NCBI GenBank assembly: GCA_000708835.1
Contig: DF237319.1
Coordinates: 27,340-91,339, forward strand
Source: Klebsormidium nitens
Lineage: Eukaryota > Plantae > Klebsormidiophyceae
Length of the DNA: 64,000 nt
Reading direction: 5' to 3'
Notes under the pieces: model-generated
What the model was told of the DNA's origin: nothing
Database searches by the model: none
Seen by the model: the letters and a program-made list of their open reading frames with translations, nothing else
Shown here: positions 51,709-63,735 of the stretch, in pieces
How positions within the stretch are numbered: position 1 is the stretch's first letter
Layout of the letters: each line of letters starts with the position of its first letter
Made by a program: the position numbers and the translations under genes

Positions 51709-54052
51709 AAAAAAGCACGTTCGGCTGGCGCTCTTGCAAGAAGCCACCGCGTCAGCGCCCTCAAATTGGTCTTTGCAGACCAGCTTGCAGTAGAACTGGT
51801 CAACAGCGAACCTCTCACGGTCCTGACAACGATCTTTCAGAACACTTCTGGAGAGCAGTGGCGCAGGCTAGGAAGCGGAGTCCAGCCTAGGCTTGTTGCA
51901 GTTGTGAAAGAAAAAGGCGTGCAGACTCCAGAGACGAGGGGGCCACCGACACAGACAGACCAGGCGGTGCAGACTCCGGTGAGGGACACTGAAGGGCCAG
52001 TCCGGAGACCAGAGAAGAGGCAGCGCGAGGAGCGTGTCAGTGCGTGTGATGGAGGTGAGGTTCCATGAGCTGTGTATAGGCTGCCCCCCTTTAATGAAAG
52101 ACTGTGTTCATATTCAAAGATCCTCTAATGAAGCGAAGTTGCGGGGTCCGTTCTCAGAGTCGGCTTCACTGCAGTCATGACGCAGCTATCACAAGGAGGA
52201 ACTTTTTCTCATAGTCCAGAATGGTTTGTGAAGGTTTCTGTTCAGATATGCGTTTGGGGATATCTGAACTTCTTAGCCACTTGTCAAATCTGAACCAGTG
52301 GGCCCATGCGTTTTGCTTCCAGAGAAAGAACGAGACAGCGCTTGAAATCCTGAGTTATCGGCTGCTGCTTCCCTCAATTCGTGCTGCAGTGATGAATCAA
52401 GTCTTGCGGTGCCAGAAGAGCTGCCTTGCGATTGATTAAGATTGTCACAACTTTGTTGCATGTCACTTCTGAGCAGCAACTCTCAATACGAAATCGTTTT
52501 AAGAATGACGGACGATCAAGGTGGCTGACCTGCCTGATCATTTCCGCTATTGTCAGGTCCCCAGGCGAAGCGGCCGAAGTCAACAGGTGCTGACATCAGC
52601 GGCAAGGCAAACCAGGAGGGCGCACCACGAGAAAGCAGACCCAATGATGCTAGTCAGGAGCGAGACGGGCGGAACACGGAGAGCGGGGATGGCGTTGGGG
52701 GGCGCGAAGCGCAGAGACGGTCTGTGGGCAACACCAGCGGAGCTGCGGCAAGCAATCTTGCCGCTGGGGTCGAGGGAGCGAAGCCGGATATCAAGCGGAA
52801 GACAGTGAAGAAGGTGAAGATTGAATTGAGCGAGTCGTCAGAGAGTGAGCATCCAAGCAGGGCGGAAGGTGGGCGGGGGGGCAGTGACGTGGCTGGAGAG
52901 CCGCAGCAGCCGCCCGGGAAAGCTCCGAACGAAGCGAGGGCGCCGGAGGGACGGTCAGGACGTGCTCGTGATGTTCAATCGGATTGCGGCGTTCTGAAAC
53001 AAGAGGAGGGAGTCGAACGAAGGGGAGTGGTCCGAGGTGAGGGGCCAAAGGTTGACAAAGGTGGTGGCCGAGGGATTGGAGGGGGTGCGAGCCGGGAGCC
53101 AAAGCGTCCGGAGGCGGCGGTCTCGCATGTGCGAACGAAGGAGATGGAACCGGAAGGTTCTGAGGTGGATGCGGACGCATGTGACGAGTGCGGCAATGAG
53201 GAGAACCCGGAGTTATTAGTGCGCTGCGCCGAGGCAGAGTGTGCCACTGTTGCGCATATCTACTGCATAAGCGAGGAGATGGACGAGGTCCCAGGGGCAG
53301 ATTGGTTCTGTGATGGATGTGAGGAACGGAATGAGGCGGACAAAACGGGGGGGCACCAGGAAACAACTTCGGCGAGACGGGGTGTAAAAAGAGGCGAGGC
53401 TGAATCTGTTGAACGATTGGGCCAGAGACGGACAATATTTCGAGATGGAAGAGGTGGCGGCCGAGGGGAAGACGTGCAGCGGAATGGAGGGGGGTCGATC
53501 CACGGGAAGGTTGCACGGGGCGGGAGTGGCGTGCAGGGTGCGAAACGAAAGGCATATCTCATCGGCGGACCCCCAACTTGCCAGCATGAAGGTTGTGGGC
53601 GACGAGCTTGGTACACTCTTCGTGGTGACGGAGTATACCCTCGAGTCTGCCACAGCCACAAGTTACAAGGGATGGTGCAGAAGACTGGTTCAACATGCGA
53701 GATTCTCAATTGTCAGCAGGGAGCAGGCTACAACTTTCCGGGTCAGAAAGGAAGGCGTCGCTGTGGGAAGCACAAAGAGGAGGGAATGTTCACGCTGTCG
53801 TCCCTGTGCGAGGTTTCGGGCTGCCATTGTGTGGCTAGTTATCGAAGCAGCGAGGGCCAAAGATTTACCCGTTGCTCCCTACACAAAGTAAAAGGGACCA
53901 TGATCCCCGCTCGTCGATGTAAACAACCTGGCTGTTTAGTTACGGGCCATTACGGGTATGCAGGAAGGGGCAGAGAATTCTGCAAGGAGCACTCAGCAAG
54001 AGGAATGGTGCACCATCCACTTGTAAAACGGGGTCCAAAACGGAGAAGGTAA
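51709..54052 (+). CDS. PHD finger plus four EsV-1-7-like repeats, copy 2 (start exon unresolved)
   Basis: Exon 51709-52054 joins in phase 1 to exon 52557-54052. C4HC3 PHD CDEC...C-x4-C...H-x2-C...WFCDGC at 53180-53320, followed by four C-x4-C-x(~15-18)-C-x2-H repeats ending near HK-x2-GM. Confidence 0.85.
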
Positions 54053-57000
54053 TCCAAAGTCATGTCCTACGCCTTCAACGTCACGAACCTGGAATGACAA
54101 CTGACAATCTGATGTACAGCTTTTTGGAATCCGAAAGGGGCATATTGGCGGCAGCAAGTTTTTGTTTCTCTACAAATGCTTCAGATCTCCTCAGGCATTG
54201 TTTTCTGACTACCAGTATATGTTGAAATATGTGCAAGATTAGGCAAACTCGCATCCTGCTGCCAGCGGTCCATATCCAAGTTCTAAGAATTTTGGCAGCC
54301 GTTTAGATGCTCATGTGCAATAATGTTGCAGATAAATTATCATGAGGCCGGGTCATTAAGCTTGCGACTCAGACATTCGTCTATCACCCGCGCGTACGCA
54401 TTCAGCTCAAGACTCGAACCGTTCGAGTCACGCCGGGTTTCGATCAACCAGTATAGGAATAGCACATGTCCGGCCCGCGGCTGGCAACCATGCATGCATG
54501 CATATAGGCGCTATATAGCCGTCACTTATATATGAACAATCATTTGAAGATGGCTCAATTCACGCACGCACGGCACGTCGAGTTGTATAGATTGTCCATG
54601 GCCATTTGCCATGTGCCAGGCTAGGTGCACCTAGCTGGCAGTGACCATCACATGCACATGCTTAATTCGATGCAATGATGGCCCGGTCATTCCTTTGTCA
54701 GTCAAGGAAACGACTTGGCTTATAAACAAACAGCGCGGGTAGATCATTGTGCACATGTTTGCAATACGGTCACGCATGTCACGCGCGGCCCAACTCAACA
54801 CAATTGTTTGCTGATTGAACGAGCTGCAAGCCCTAGCGGCAAGGCCGGCATCGTTGGCTGGGGTTGGCACGTTCAATATCTAGGTCTATGTACTTCACTG
54901 CCTAAGCAGCTATGCATGTTTCGCCCTGGAAGCTCCTCAAAGCTGCCGCTCGAAGGCAGATGGACAGGCCATGCATCTGGCAAGCGACGAACAAATGGTT
55001 GACAACAGTAAATAAGGAAGGTGACTGGCCTGCCGAAACCAATAATATGTGCTGCAGTGCATTCAATCTCCTCGACCTCTGCGGACGTTGGAATTCGCTC
55101 GCTTAGCGTTCGCTTAGGCCCGAGCATGAAGAAGCGCCAGGATCACGACCTGTGTCCAAAGTTTCTCTAGCCCGGATGGAGAACAAGTAACTCAGTGCTG
55201 CTCGTTCTATGATCACACCGACTTCCCCGTGTTTACATTGTAATCTGCGGAAGGCGGATTCGCTGCAAAAAGCTATAGAAACGGGTCTTCCTAGGCTTGG
55301 AAATCTTGGCGTCCAATCTTGCAGATACTCTAGGCACGCACTTCGGGCCTCAGCCTAGCTTTAAAAGGAACTCTGAGCTGAGTCCAAAAGCTGAAGCTGG
55401 TGATGGTGAGAAGAAAATGTGCTTCCAACTTCCCAACGCCGGAAATCCTGCTGATCAGGCCGGAACACTCTGTAAGCAAGCGGCTAATCTTCAGATCGCC
55501 CTTCCCTTGCAAGCGGATGGAGAATGCGACGCTTACAATGGCGAGGATGGTCGAGACTGTCCCCCTACAGAGGCCGAGCGAAGAGCCTAACGTTCTTGTA
55601 TCGGCTTTGCTACTTCATTTGCAGAACTGCAAGGAACGTAATCTGATTAAGACTCTCTTGGGTCGATCAAATGCCCAGCGTGAAGCTAAGAAGGTAGTTT
55701 GCGCGACTTGCCAGCAGAAGGCTTCACCTCCCATACAACCGACACTCAGTGACCTCAGGAAACGAAAACATTGTTGTGGCCATCTGACAAAGTGGCCACC
55801 CGACTACACGGAAATATGATGGGGCGTTTTGAGGGGACAATGGGTGAAAGTGGTTTCAACAATACTGAAGGAGGCATGTTAGGCAAGCGCCTTTGACCTG
55901 TTCTGACTTCCCAAGGCCAGCGAATACCAGGTCGCTTCGCTGCCTTGTCCACAAATTCATCTGTAGCGGAGAGACATGCACTGCATCTCCAGAGAGCTCG
56001 CTAGTCCCTGAGCGCCAGAGCTGTCCGCGTCGACATTACGGCTGGACCGATCCGCAACATACCGTTTTAGTCTCTGTCTCGTCAGCACCTTCAGAACACC
56101 CAAGCAGCCAATGCCCACAGAACAGAGGTGATTCAATCAGAGCCAGTTTCTTCCAAAGTTATGCCCGAGCTTTTGTCCCTTACCTCTATCTGCCTTGGTC
56201 CATGCGAGACCCTTGCCGGCGAAGCCTTCGACCGGCGTTCTCTCCTCTCTTTTTCTACCGTCTCCCCAAGCCGCCAGGGGCCCGGGCGTCCGATGTGGAC
56301 CGCTCAGCGGCGTTCACGGATCCTGCGTCAGATCCTGCACAGCAGAGTTCTAGTCAGGACTCATCCCTGGAGCGCGACCACCCGTTTGGACGTCCGAAGT
56401 GCAGGCCTCGAGGAGTTTTGCCAGGACGTAGCTCGGAGTCCGAGCTCCGGACGGTCACCACTTTCGAGCAAGGAGCAGGAACAGTGCTCAAAATCGAGCT
56501 CAACTGAGGCTTTCTGTTGGGTCATTCGCAACGGAAGTGTCGAGAAATCCACTTCTGGGTTGTTCGACCCAATCGTCCGTACAATGACCTCAGAGGGGCA
56601 GCTAGGATTGTGAGAAAGGCGAAAACATGTGAGAAGGTCCCGAAAAGTAAGATTGATGGACACAGCAGTCTCAGACATCGCAACCGTGATAGTCTGAGGT
56701 CCACAAAGAAAGATCAACGGACACAACCGCCCCCACACGTGACAAGCTCTGCTCGTGAGTCAATCCGAAGGATGTCAACTTGTCGCGGAGGTCTCTAATT
56801 TTTGCTCATGCGCACTTTCTCTTGGGCATTACAAGCTCGTAGAAGCACCAGGACTAAGAAGCTTACCCAGGAAACGAGGCATGTGAACTTCTTATATGAT
56901 GTGGCGAGAGCAAACATGCAGAATTACTTATTGCAGCGGTAAAACGATGCTCCAGACGCTGGTAATGCGATGCTTGAAAGCGGAGGCATCAAGCCCCCAA

Positions 57001-57116
57001 GAGGAAGGTAAGACAAAGAGACAAACTTGAGAGAAACTGCAGCTCAATTTTAGGCACAACTCGCTCGAAAGCTCACAAGGCCTCACCTGAGCCTCCTCCC
57101 GGCCAAAGTACCCGAG

Positions 57117-57878
57117 TCACGCCCACTGCATCCCTTGTTCTTTATGCTGGGTACAAAATCGAAGCCTCTTGCCGCACCCAACAAAACCCCACCTGGCACG
57201 GATGGAGCAGTGCTCTACTTCGCAAAGGGGCCTATTACTGACCATCCCCTCTTGTTTGTGGGCTCCGCACCTTGTGGCTTTCTGCCCGCGCATAATCGTG
57301 AAGCTGGATTCCTTGCCGCAGCCCCTCACTTCGCACAAACCAGCGACACCGACCATCCCCGGTTCTCTATGTGCGCCACAACGGACTCTGCCCTTCCAAC
57401 TGTTGAAATTAAAGCTTGCTGTAAGTTTGCAGCCCAGGACTTCGCAGATTGCACCGCTTTGAAACTCCATCCCGAACGACTTGTGTTTGCTGCAAGCTTC
57501 GGGAAAGACCGTCTTCCCTGGCTGCTTGACACCATACCATGCTCTCTTTCCGCACCCTGGCTGACAGCACTTCGGCGGGCCGCGGATAACGAACCCGTTC
57601 GGCCCTCGCCCCCCCCTCTCCCCATCTCTAGTTCTTCCCCCGTGCCTCCCCTTCTTGCACTCGCCACACAGCCAGGCGCCAGTTGGCATCTCGTCCATCT
57701 CCTCTCCGCAGCAATACACGTGCACGGTCGTAGCGCACCCCGCCCCCGCACACCGCAGCAATAACTCCGGGTTCTCCGCACTGCCGCAGTCGTCGCACAA
57801 GTCGGCATCGTCCTCAGAATCCGAAGCGAGACTCCCGGCGCCACTGCCCCTCTGCACACGCGACCCCGCCGAGTACAT
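57117..57878 (-). CDS. PHD finger plus four EsV-1-7-like repeats, copy 3 (compact single-exon ORF)
   Basis: 253-aa ORF. PHD CDDCGSAENPELLLRCAGAGCATTVHVYC...WLCGEC (57797-57657) is clearly paralogous to that of copy 2; FVIRGPPKC is followed by four repeats. Confidence 0.85.
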   Translation of the reverse strand: MYSAGSRVQRGSGAGSLASDSEDDADLCDDCGSAENPELLLRCAGAGCATTVHVYCCGEEMDEMPTGAWLCGECKKGRHGGRTRDGERGGRGPNGFVIRGPPKCCQPGCGKRAWYGVKQPGKTVFPEACSKHKSFGMEFQSGAICEVLGCKLTASFNFNSWKGRVRCGAHREPGMVGVAGLCEVRGCGKESSFTIMRGQKATRCGAHKQEGMVSNRPLCEVEHCSIRARWGFVGCGKRLRFCTQHKEQGMQWA

Positions 57879-57900
57879 ATAAAGGCCTTGATGCTGATCA

Positions 57901-57942
57901 ACACGTGACGTCAGAGCGTCGCACGTGTAGCAGACGTCACGC
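57901..57942. promoter_or_regulatory. Cluster of ACGT elements (G-box/C-box-like) just upstream of the copy 3 ATG
   Basis: acacgtgacgtcagagcgtcgcacgtgtagcagacgtcacgc contains two CACGTG, one TGACGTCA and one GACGTCA within 42 bp. Function is inferred only. Confidence 0.4.
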
Positions 57943-60181
57943 TAATCTCGTTTGATACATGACTACCGCCACCGTATTGGTCACTGCACTGGCAATTTGA
58001 AGTGAGGGACTGCGATGGCACATGTGACTGATCAAGGTTGTGGCAAAAAACAGATTGTCGCAGGTCCAATGGTTGCGCCAATCATGATCATTCATCATCT
58101 ATAGTCCAGTCAGGTGCCATGGGATGATCCTCAGAGAGTCTACCATGAGCCTCACAGAATCACGCTGTATGCATTCGTGCAGAGTTCTGCTTGACATGAC
58201 TGGCTGCGCGGCAAAGCCAGCTGGATGAGTCGGTTTTGGCGGATGTCCATGGCATGATGATGATCTGTGCACTGCTTCAGTGAGGCAGATCGACAAAGCT
58301 CCGACTCAAGAGGGTACGGTCTCAATTCTGCTGCGACGTTCGATGCCAGGACAGGAACTGGTGCACAGTCTGAACGTTAGACAAGGTTGCCGGCCGGGCA
58401 TATAAGGTTACCGCCCGGCATATTGTCATATGGGCTCGCCCAATCAATGCCTTACCGAGCCCCATTCCATCATTGGCCCCGTTTGCGGTCTCCCGAAGCA
58501 TCTTCCCCCAGTCCTGGAAAAGCGTCAAGTTCCCAACACCAATTCCAAGTCGACACGATGCATGATGGCATATGATCTGCGACGCCCGGCTGCGCCGGAT
58601 GAGACTCGCAGGCCCGATGACTACATCCGATCTGCAACTTAACGCTACAATCTCTCCACCTGGCCGGCTGGATCACGGTCAAGACCCGTCCCTAGCGCCT
58701 CCCAAACCACGACCTCGTGTCCATACGTCAGGCCGATTTCCATATCTGTTGCCCACCATTCCCTTCTCCATTTTGGATCTGGCGTCCGCTTCAGACTCTG
58801 AGGGCGCCCAAAGGACCAAGGTTCGGGCGGGCCGCTGGGCGGTTTGGGTTCTGGGATTCTGGCCGCCGCGGCCAGCCGATATCGTGCTGTCAACCACGAT
58901 CTAGTAAGGCAGGACTCGCATCCGTTGAGGGATTTAGAACTCGCATGCCCTGGTTCAGTTGTACTGGTTATCAAGCCGGAAGTAATTCGGTTGAACCGCT
59001 TTCAGGCCGGTCCGCTCCGGCGACCGGCCGCCTTGCTGCACCGGCTTTGTGGTCGCCGCTGACGAGCACGCAGGGGTTTGGCCTGGCGCAGGGCCCTTGC
59101 CAACAGTTCGCTCAATCTGGCCGCGGGCCGAGCCTTGACGTAGAGCGCTGGCAGCGTCAATATAAGTCGACCGAGATGAAGGGCGACGCTTCAGATTCAT
59201 GGCCGGACACGACTTGTTGAATAGGCGGGGCCTCTGGCACCGCTCTCGCTTTCAACTCGCTTCTGCAGAATGCGCAAAGATCGTGCGAGCTGTTGTAACT
59301 CATGTAGGACCGAATGGATGACTTGCTTTTCTGCATGGAAATTTATCAGACAGCATTGTTTTCTCAACAGTGTTTTATTGAGGTACTTGCACCAGCGACG
59401 GCCAGGCTTTTGAATTGGAGATGATCGTGAGACGGATATAGTATTCCTACAACTACGAAAGCGAAAGTTAAAATTTCAGAGGCGGACAACGCGATGCGAG
59501 GTGACGAGGTTTTCAATCAATTCGCCAGATATTTTTCAGAGCCAGACTAAGTGGAATTACCCACTCGATGACCCAAGCGTGCACAACGCACTAAAGTTCG
59601 ATGGTGCATATGCAAGGACGGTTGCAAAGATAACGATCGCGACTGCGTGTAATCCGGCGTTCGCAGAAAGCTCTTGATGGTGGGCACTTAATGCAGAATC
59701 CATGTCTCGCCGTCAGCATGCTCGCGAATTAAATCTGAAAGCTAGCAAACTTTTGCCAATTTGCAATGCAGAATGCCATTGCGTATATATCGGATATATG
59801 CGATTTGAATATGAACTCCGGCCGCTCTCAGCAGGACAGCAGCGTCCGATCTGGACGTTTTCACATGGAAGTATAATCTCCAGAATTTCCAAGAGTTTGT
59901 AGCAAAACGCAAAGTCGCAAAGTCGGATCGGGCGTGATCGGACCTAGCGTCACCCTGCCGTCGTCCAGTCACTGGAGAATCCAATAATAAGGAATCTCAG
60001 CTTGAGAATATTGCCCGAAAATCGAATTGGCAGCGCCGTGGATTTGACGCTTGTCTGCAGCCAAGTCAAAAGCCAGTGCGAGACATGCGCCAATGTACCG
60101 ACAAATGACGCTCTCAATTGTGAAATTCCCCTATACGCAAGCTTGACGGCCTCAGGCCTCGAACCTGCTCACTACCACACC

Positions 60182-62003
60182 TTACACCATCGAGTCCGTC
60201 TTGTGCTTCGTACAGAAGCTCTTGGCCTCATCCTGATGTCCAAAGCGGGCCCGCCGAGCGCAGCCTTCATTTTCGCAAAGCTTGTATATATTCACCATGC
60301 CAGCCTCTGCGTGCGCTTTGCACCGCGTCACTTTGCGGCCCCGGCCTTCGGTGAAGCTTGCTACCAGGCGGCATCCGCTGATCTGACACAGCCTGTTAAT
60401 GCTCTCGACATGCCGGCCTCTCGGTGTCGCGCGCACCTGCTCCTTGTCTTCTTTCCTGGAAAGTCGTAATCCGCACAGGTTGTGCAACCTTGTACCTCAC
60501 AGATATCATGTTTTTGCATCTCCATGCCTGGTAGCTTATGTGCGTTGCACACTTCTGGCACGAGCCGCCTCCTCTCTTTCCTGAAAGCATAACGGGCATG
60601 CCCGGAGCACCTCTGCTGGGAGCACGGCAGGGGTCCGCGAATGACGAAGCTAGACCCCAGGGTTACGTGCCTTCCTGCCTCCCCTTCCCCTGACTGAGCT
60701 TGTTGGCCTTGAGCCACTTTTGCACGTACCGCAGAATCCGTCCGACCCCCGGCGCCTGTCGGACTGCTGGATTCTTTCTTGACCCGCTTTTCCTGCTGTC
60801 CCCTTCGGCCCTTCCTGCTCTGCATCTCGGTTGCTATCCCCTTTTCCAAGAACGAAACTCTTTGCTGCCCCGGGCCCCTCCAGAACCTCTGCCACCGCGC
60901 CTCAAAATATGCACCCCACCCATCGTACAAAGACAGCTGGCATGCATTCTGTACTACCCTCCCTGATCCTAGTTTTTCGGTCGCTGCTGCTTTTGCGCCC
61001 GTCCTTTCTGGCTGACCTGCGCCCCCCATTTGCGTCTCTCCTCTCTGATCGGCAGTCCCATCACAGGCTACCGGCCTCTTTCTCCCGGTCTTCTGCTTTG
61101 AGACCCCGCTTTGCTGGCCGCCTTCCTCTGACCGCTGAGGAAACTCTCCATCGGCCTCTGCCTTTGCGCTCTTGGTCCCGCTCGCTTTCCCTTCCACTCT
61201 CTCTTCCTCTACATCGTTTTCCTCGTTGCGGTGACCTCTTTTCTTTCGCTTCTGGTTCGGACTCCCCTCCGCCCAATTCTCACCAAACTCTTGCTTTGCA
61301 TCCTGCCTTTTCCCCGCATCCTCCCCACCCCTCTCCTTCCTCTTCTTCCGCTTGGCATGGACTGGAGCCATGCCTTCCGAACTCTTGCCTTCCGCAGCAC
61401 TCTGGAATGCTGACTGGCCTTCGTCGACTTTTTGGCTGCCTTGAACCCCGTCGCGACTCTGATGTGCATCGGCCTTGAGGGTCTTCGGGGCTTGGAGGTC
61501 AGAAACTTCCTGGCTTTGGTGCTGCTGCTTCTTTCCCTTCTTGCGCTTCCGAGGAGCCTCGTAGACTTCTGCATATGAACATAGAGCCAGGATCGAGGAC
61601 AGAGCAGAGGAAATCTTAAGGTTGATCTCACCCAAGAAATCTTGAATTAAGTAATGTGCACTCAATAGACCCAAGCTGCATTAGGCAATGCCCTAGGTGA
61701 TTGGGTTTGTTGGAACCCCAGTTATGCTACTACTAAGATACTAGGGGAGCTTTGCGCGATGCTGCTAAGGTGGCAAGCAAAGAATTCTAGAGAGGTCGTC
61801 GAGAAGCTGTCTGAAAGAGAAAAAGAATGCTAGTACCAACTCTTAAGTATGCAAAAGGAAGATGGACCGTCCGGTAAAGTCTGAGGGGCGGAGTCAACCA
61901 AAGGTGGTTCAACACAGTGACCACATTTTGCAATTGAGACTTGCTTACCTTCTGGGTTCATGCTATCATCATTCTGCCTCTTCCTCTTCTTCCTTTTCTC
62001 CAT
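60182..62003 (-). pseudogene. EsV-1-7-like repeat protein, copy 4 (W-motif type, four repeats), frameshifted after repeat 2 (pseudogene or sequence error)
   Basis: Exon 62003-61949 (MEKRKKRKR..., donor G|gtaagc) joins in phase 1 to an exon starting at 61568. Motif GWGAYFEARWQRFWR, then FVIRGPLPC and two repeats. A missing base near 60409 (ATGTCGAG rather than ATGGTCGAG) shifts repeats 3-4 into ORF 60182-60487. Confidence 0.75.
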
Positions 62004-62698
62004 GTTTGTGCCAAATGATGCCGCCGTTTACAACTCTTCTACTGCAGAGATCAAGCAGAGAGTAAGCGCAAATGTGCTTTCTCCCCATGCAATCCCCATC
62101 CCAACTTTCGGCGAAGTTAGTGAAAACTATTGAGAAAGTTCCCGTGAGTCCTATTTAACAGCATGCACGGCTGCGGTCTTCAAACCAACAAGATGCAGGT
62201 CACTAAAGTTGAAACTCAGCGTCCGCGTTGAAACCACTCTGAAGCGCTTCAGCAACTTGCTTCTTAGATTGGAAAACCCAAAATTCGCATTTTGCATTTG
62301 AAGAGCAGTCTGCTGCCCGTACTCATGGAATGATGGTGGCAGTCATTGCACTATCTTTGTGTATTGTCTGCCACCCCAACCTGACAGGTTTCAAAGTTCA
62401 TATGGAATTCCGTCTCAAAACCTGCGCCAGAGTTGCCTCAAACAAGAAAGACTTGCATAGTTGAACTGACTGCAGCGCAGCTTTTTTCCAAATTAAGAAC
62501 AGCAAGTGGCGAGTTACATGTTTGCTGATCCATCTGGCACACAGACGTGCCCAGCAAGCGACAAGTGTGCCTGGTGCCTGGACGTACGCCATTTGCATTG
62601 CTGGCTCACAAAACCGCCTCCTGAACTGATATGAAGTCAACATCCAGCAAGATGATGGCTTCTGCAGACTTGCACCGTAGCGGCAGCACTTAAGAGCA

Positions 62699-63338
62699 CC
62701 GTAGTCCAACGTGATGATTCCGAAGTTCCGAAGTGTTTCCCCTGAACTTTTTAGATTGACGGCCGGAGGGCCACCCGGGTCTTTCAGTTGGTGGCCCAAC
62801 GGGCCACCCGACCATGACCATTGGTGGCCCAACTCCACCGCAAATTTAGGATTTTCGACCGCTAGCTTGAACGATCAGACTTGAAATTTTGAGAAGATAA
62901 CAGAGCGCATATGCCATGTCTGTCGTAGTGCTATACTTCACTTGTTCTGGACCCCGGGCTGAAGTTTGGTGGTGTTACAGAAGGAAAACAGCCCGGCTCG
63001 AACGGGTTTTCCTTCAAGTATAGTGTATCATATGCTCTTTTGACAGTAATTTTTAAAAATGTTGTGAAGATTTCCAGCGTATACGCCTTAAAAGTTCTAA
63101 GATAGGCCAGTTCGGTGCATTGATTGATGGCCCACCGGGCCACCTTGGCCCTCCGTATGGTGGCCCGTTGGGCCACCTCCACCCCCCCATTGGTGGCCCG
63201 TTTGGACCATTGATGGTCATTTTAGCAGGGAGTGGGCCACCGGGGGAAACACTTCGGAAGAATCCGAACGGATTTTCCCAGAAATATTTTCCAACAATCC
63301 GACCATTATTTATTCGGAATCATTACCTTGGACTACGG
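62699..63338. mobile_element. Non-autonomous foldback/MITE-like element A
   Basis: 26-bp terminal inverted repeats, 24/26 identical (ccgtagtccaacgtgatgattccgaa / ttcggaatcattaccttggactacgg). Perfect internal inverted pairs at 62726-62742 / 63243-63259 and 62791-62807 / 63160-63176. TA on the right flank, CA on the left. Confidence 0.75.
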
Positions 63339-63413
63339 TAGTAGATTCCATGCAGCAGCAATTAGGAATCGAAGTTTTCTGAAGGTAAATCTCAATACTG
63401 TGCCATGGTCATA

Positions 63414-63735
63414 CCGTACGACCAAGGTATGATTCCGAATGCTCAAAAAAAGCAATTATTTTAGCGAATGCGAGCCCAAATCATGTATTATTTTCCCTTT
63501 TCCTACCCTAAATCCGAATCGCCTACAGGTACCCCGGTACCCATGTTTTTGAGGCTTTTAACGGTAACCGGTACGTACCTTTTTGTCATAGGGCCTTTGC
63601 AATCACTTTTCGAATGGGATTTAACAATTATTTTCAGTTTACGAAAAAGCAGAATCCGACTGCTTATCCGGAGTTTCCAACTTTCCGAATGCAAATAATT
63701 ATTTATTTATTCGGAATCATACCTTGGTCGTACGG
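63414..63735. mobile_element. MITE-like element B with TIRs related to element A
   Basis: Perfect 27-bp inverted repeats ccgtacgaccaaggtatgattccgaat (63414-63440) and attcggaatcataccttggtcgtacgg (63709-63735). TA immediately to the left; G then TA to the right. AT-rich, non-coding interior. Confidence 0.8.

Noticed and set aside
55297-56798. Cluster of overlapping plus-strand ORFs between copies 2 and 3
   Set aside because: No consistent exon chain or recognisable domain could be built, so it is left unannotated.
58383-59220. GC-rich tract with a short ~20 bp direct repeat, considered as a transposon relic
   Set aside because: No terminal inverted repeats, target duplication or transposase/RT motifs found by eye.
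47573-62003. Giant endogenous viral element, suggested by EsV-1-7-like repeats
   Set aside because: No NCLDV hallmark genes (capsid, PolB, packaging ATPase, primase) were recognised. The copies have spliceosomal introns and sit next to ordinary host genes.
62398-62838. 146-aa minus-strand ORF as an N-terminal exon of copy 4
   Set aside because: It starts inside MITE-like element A, and copy 4 already has a plausible ATG at 62003 with an upstream in-frame stop.
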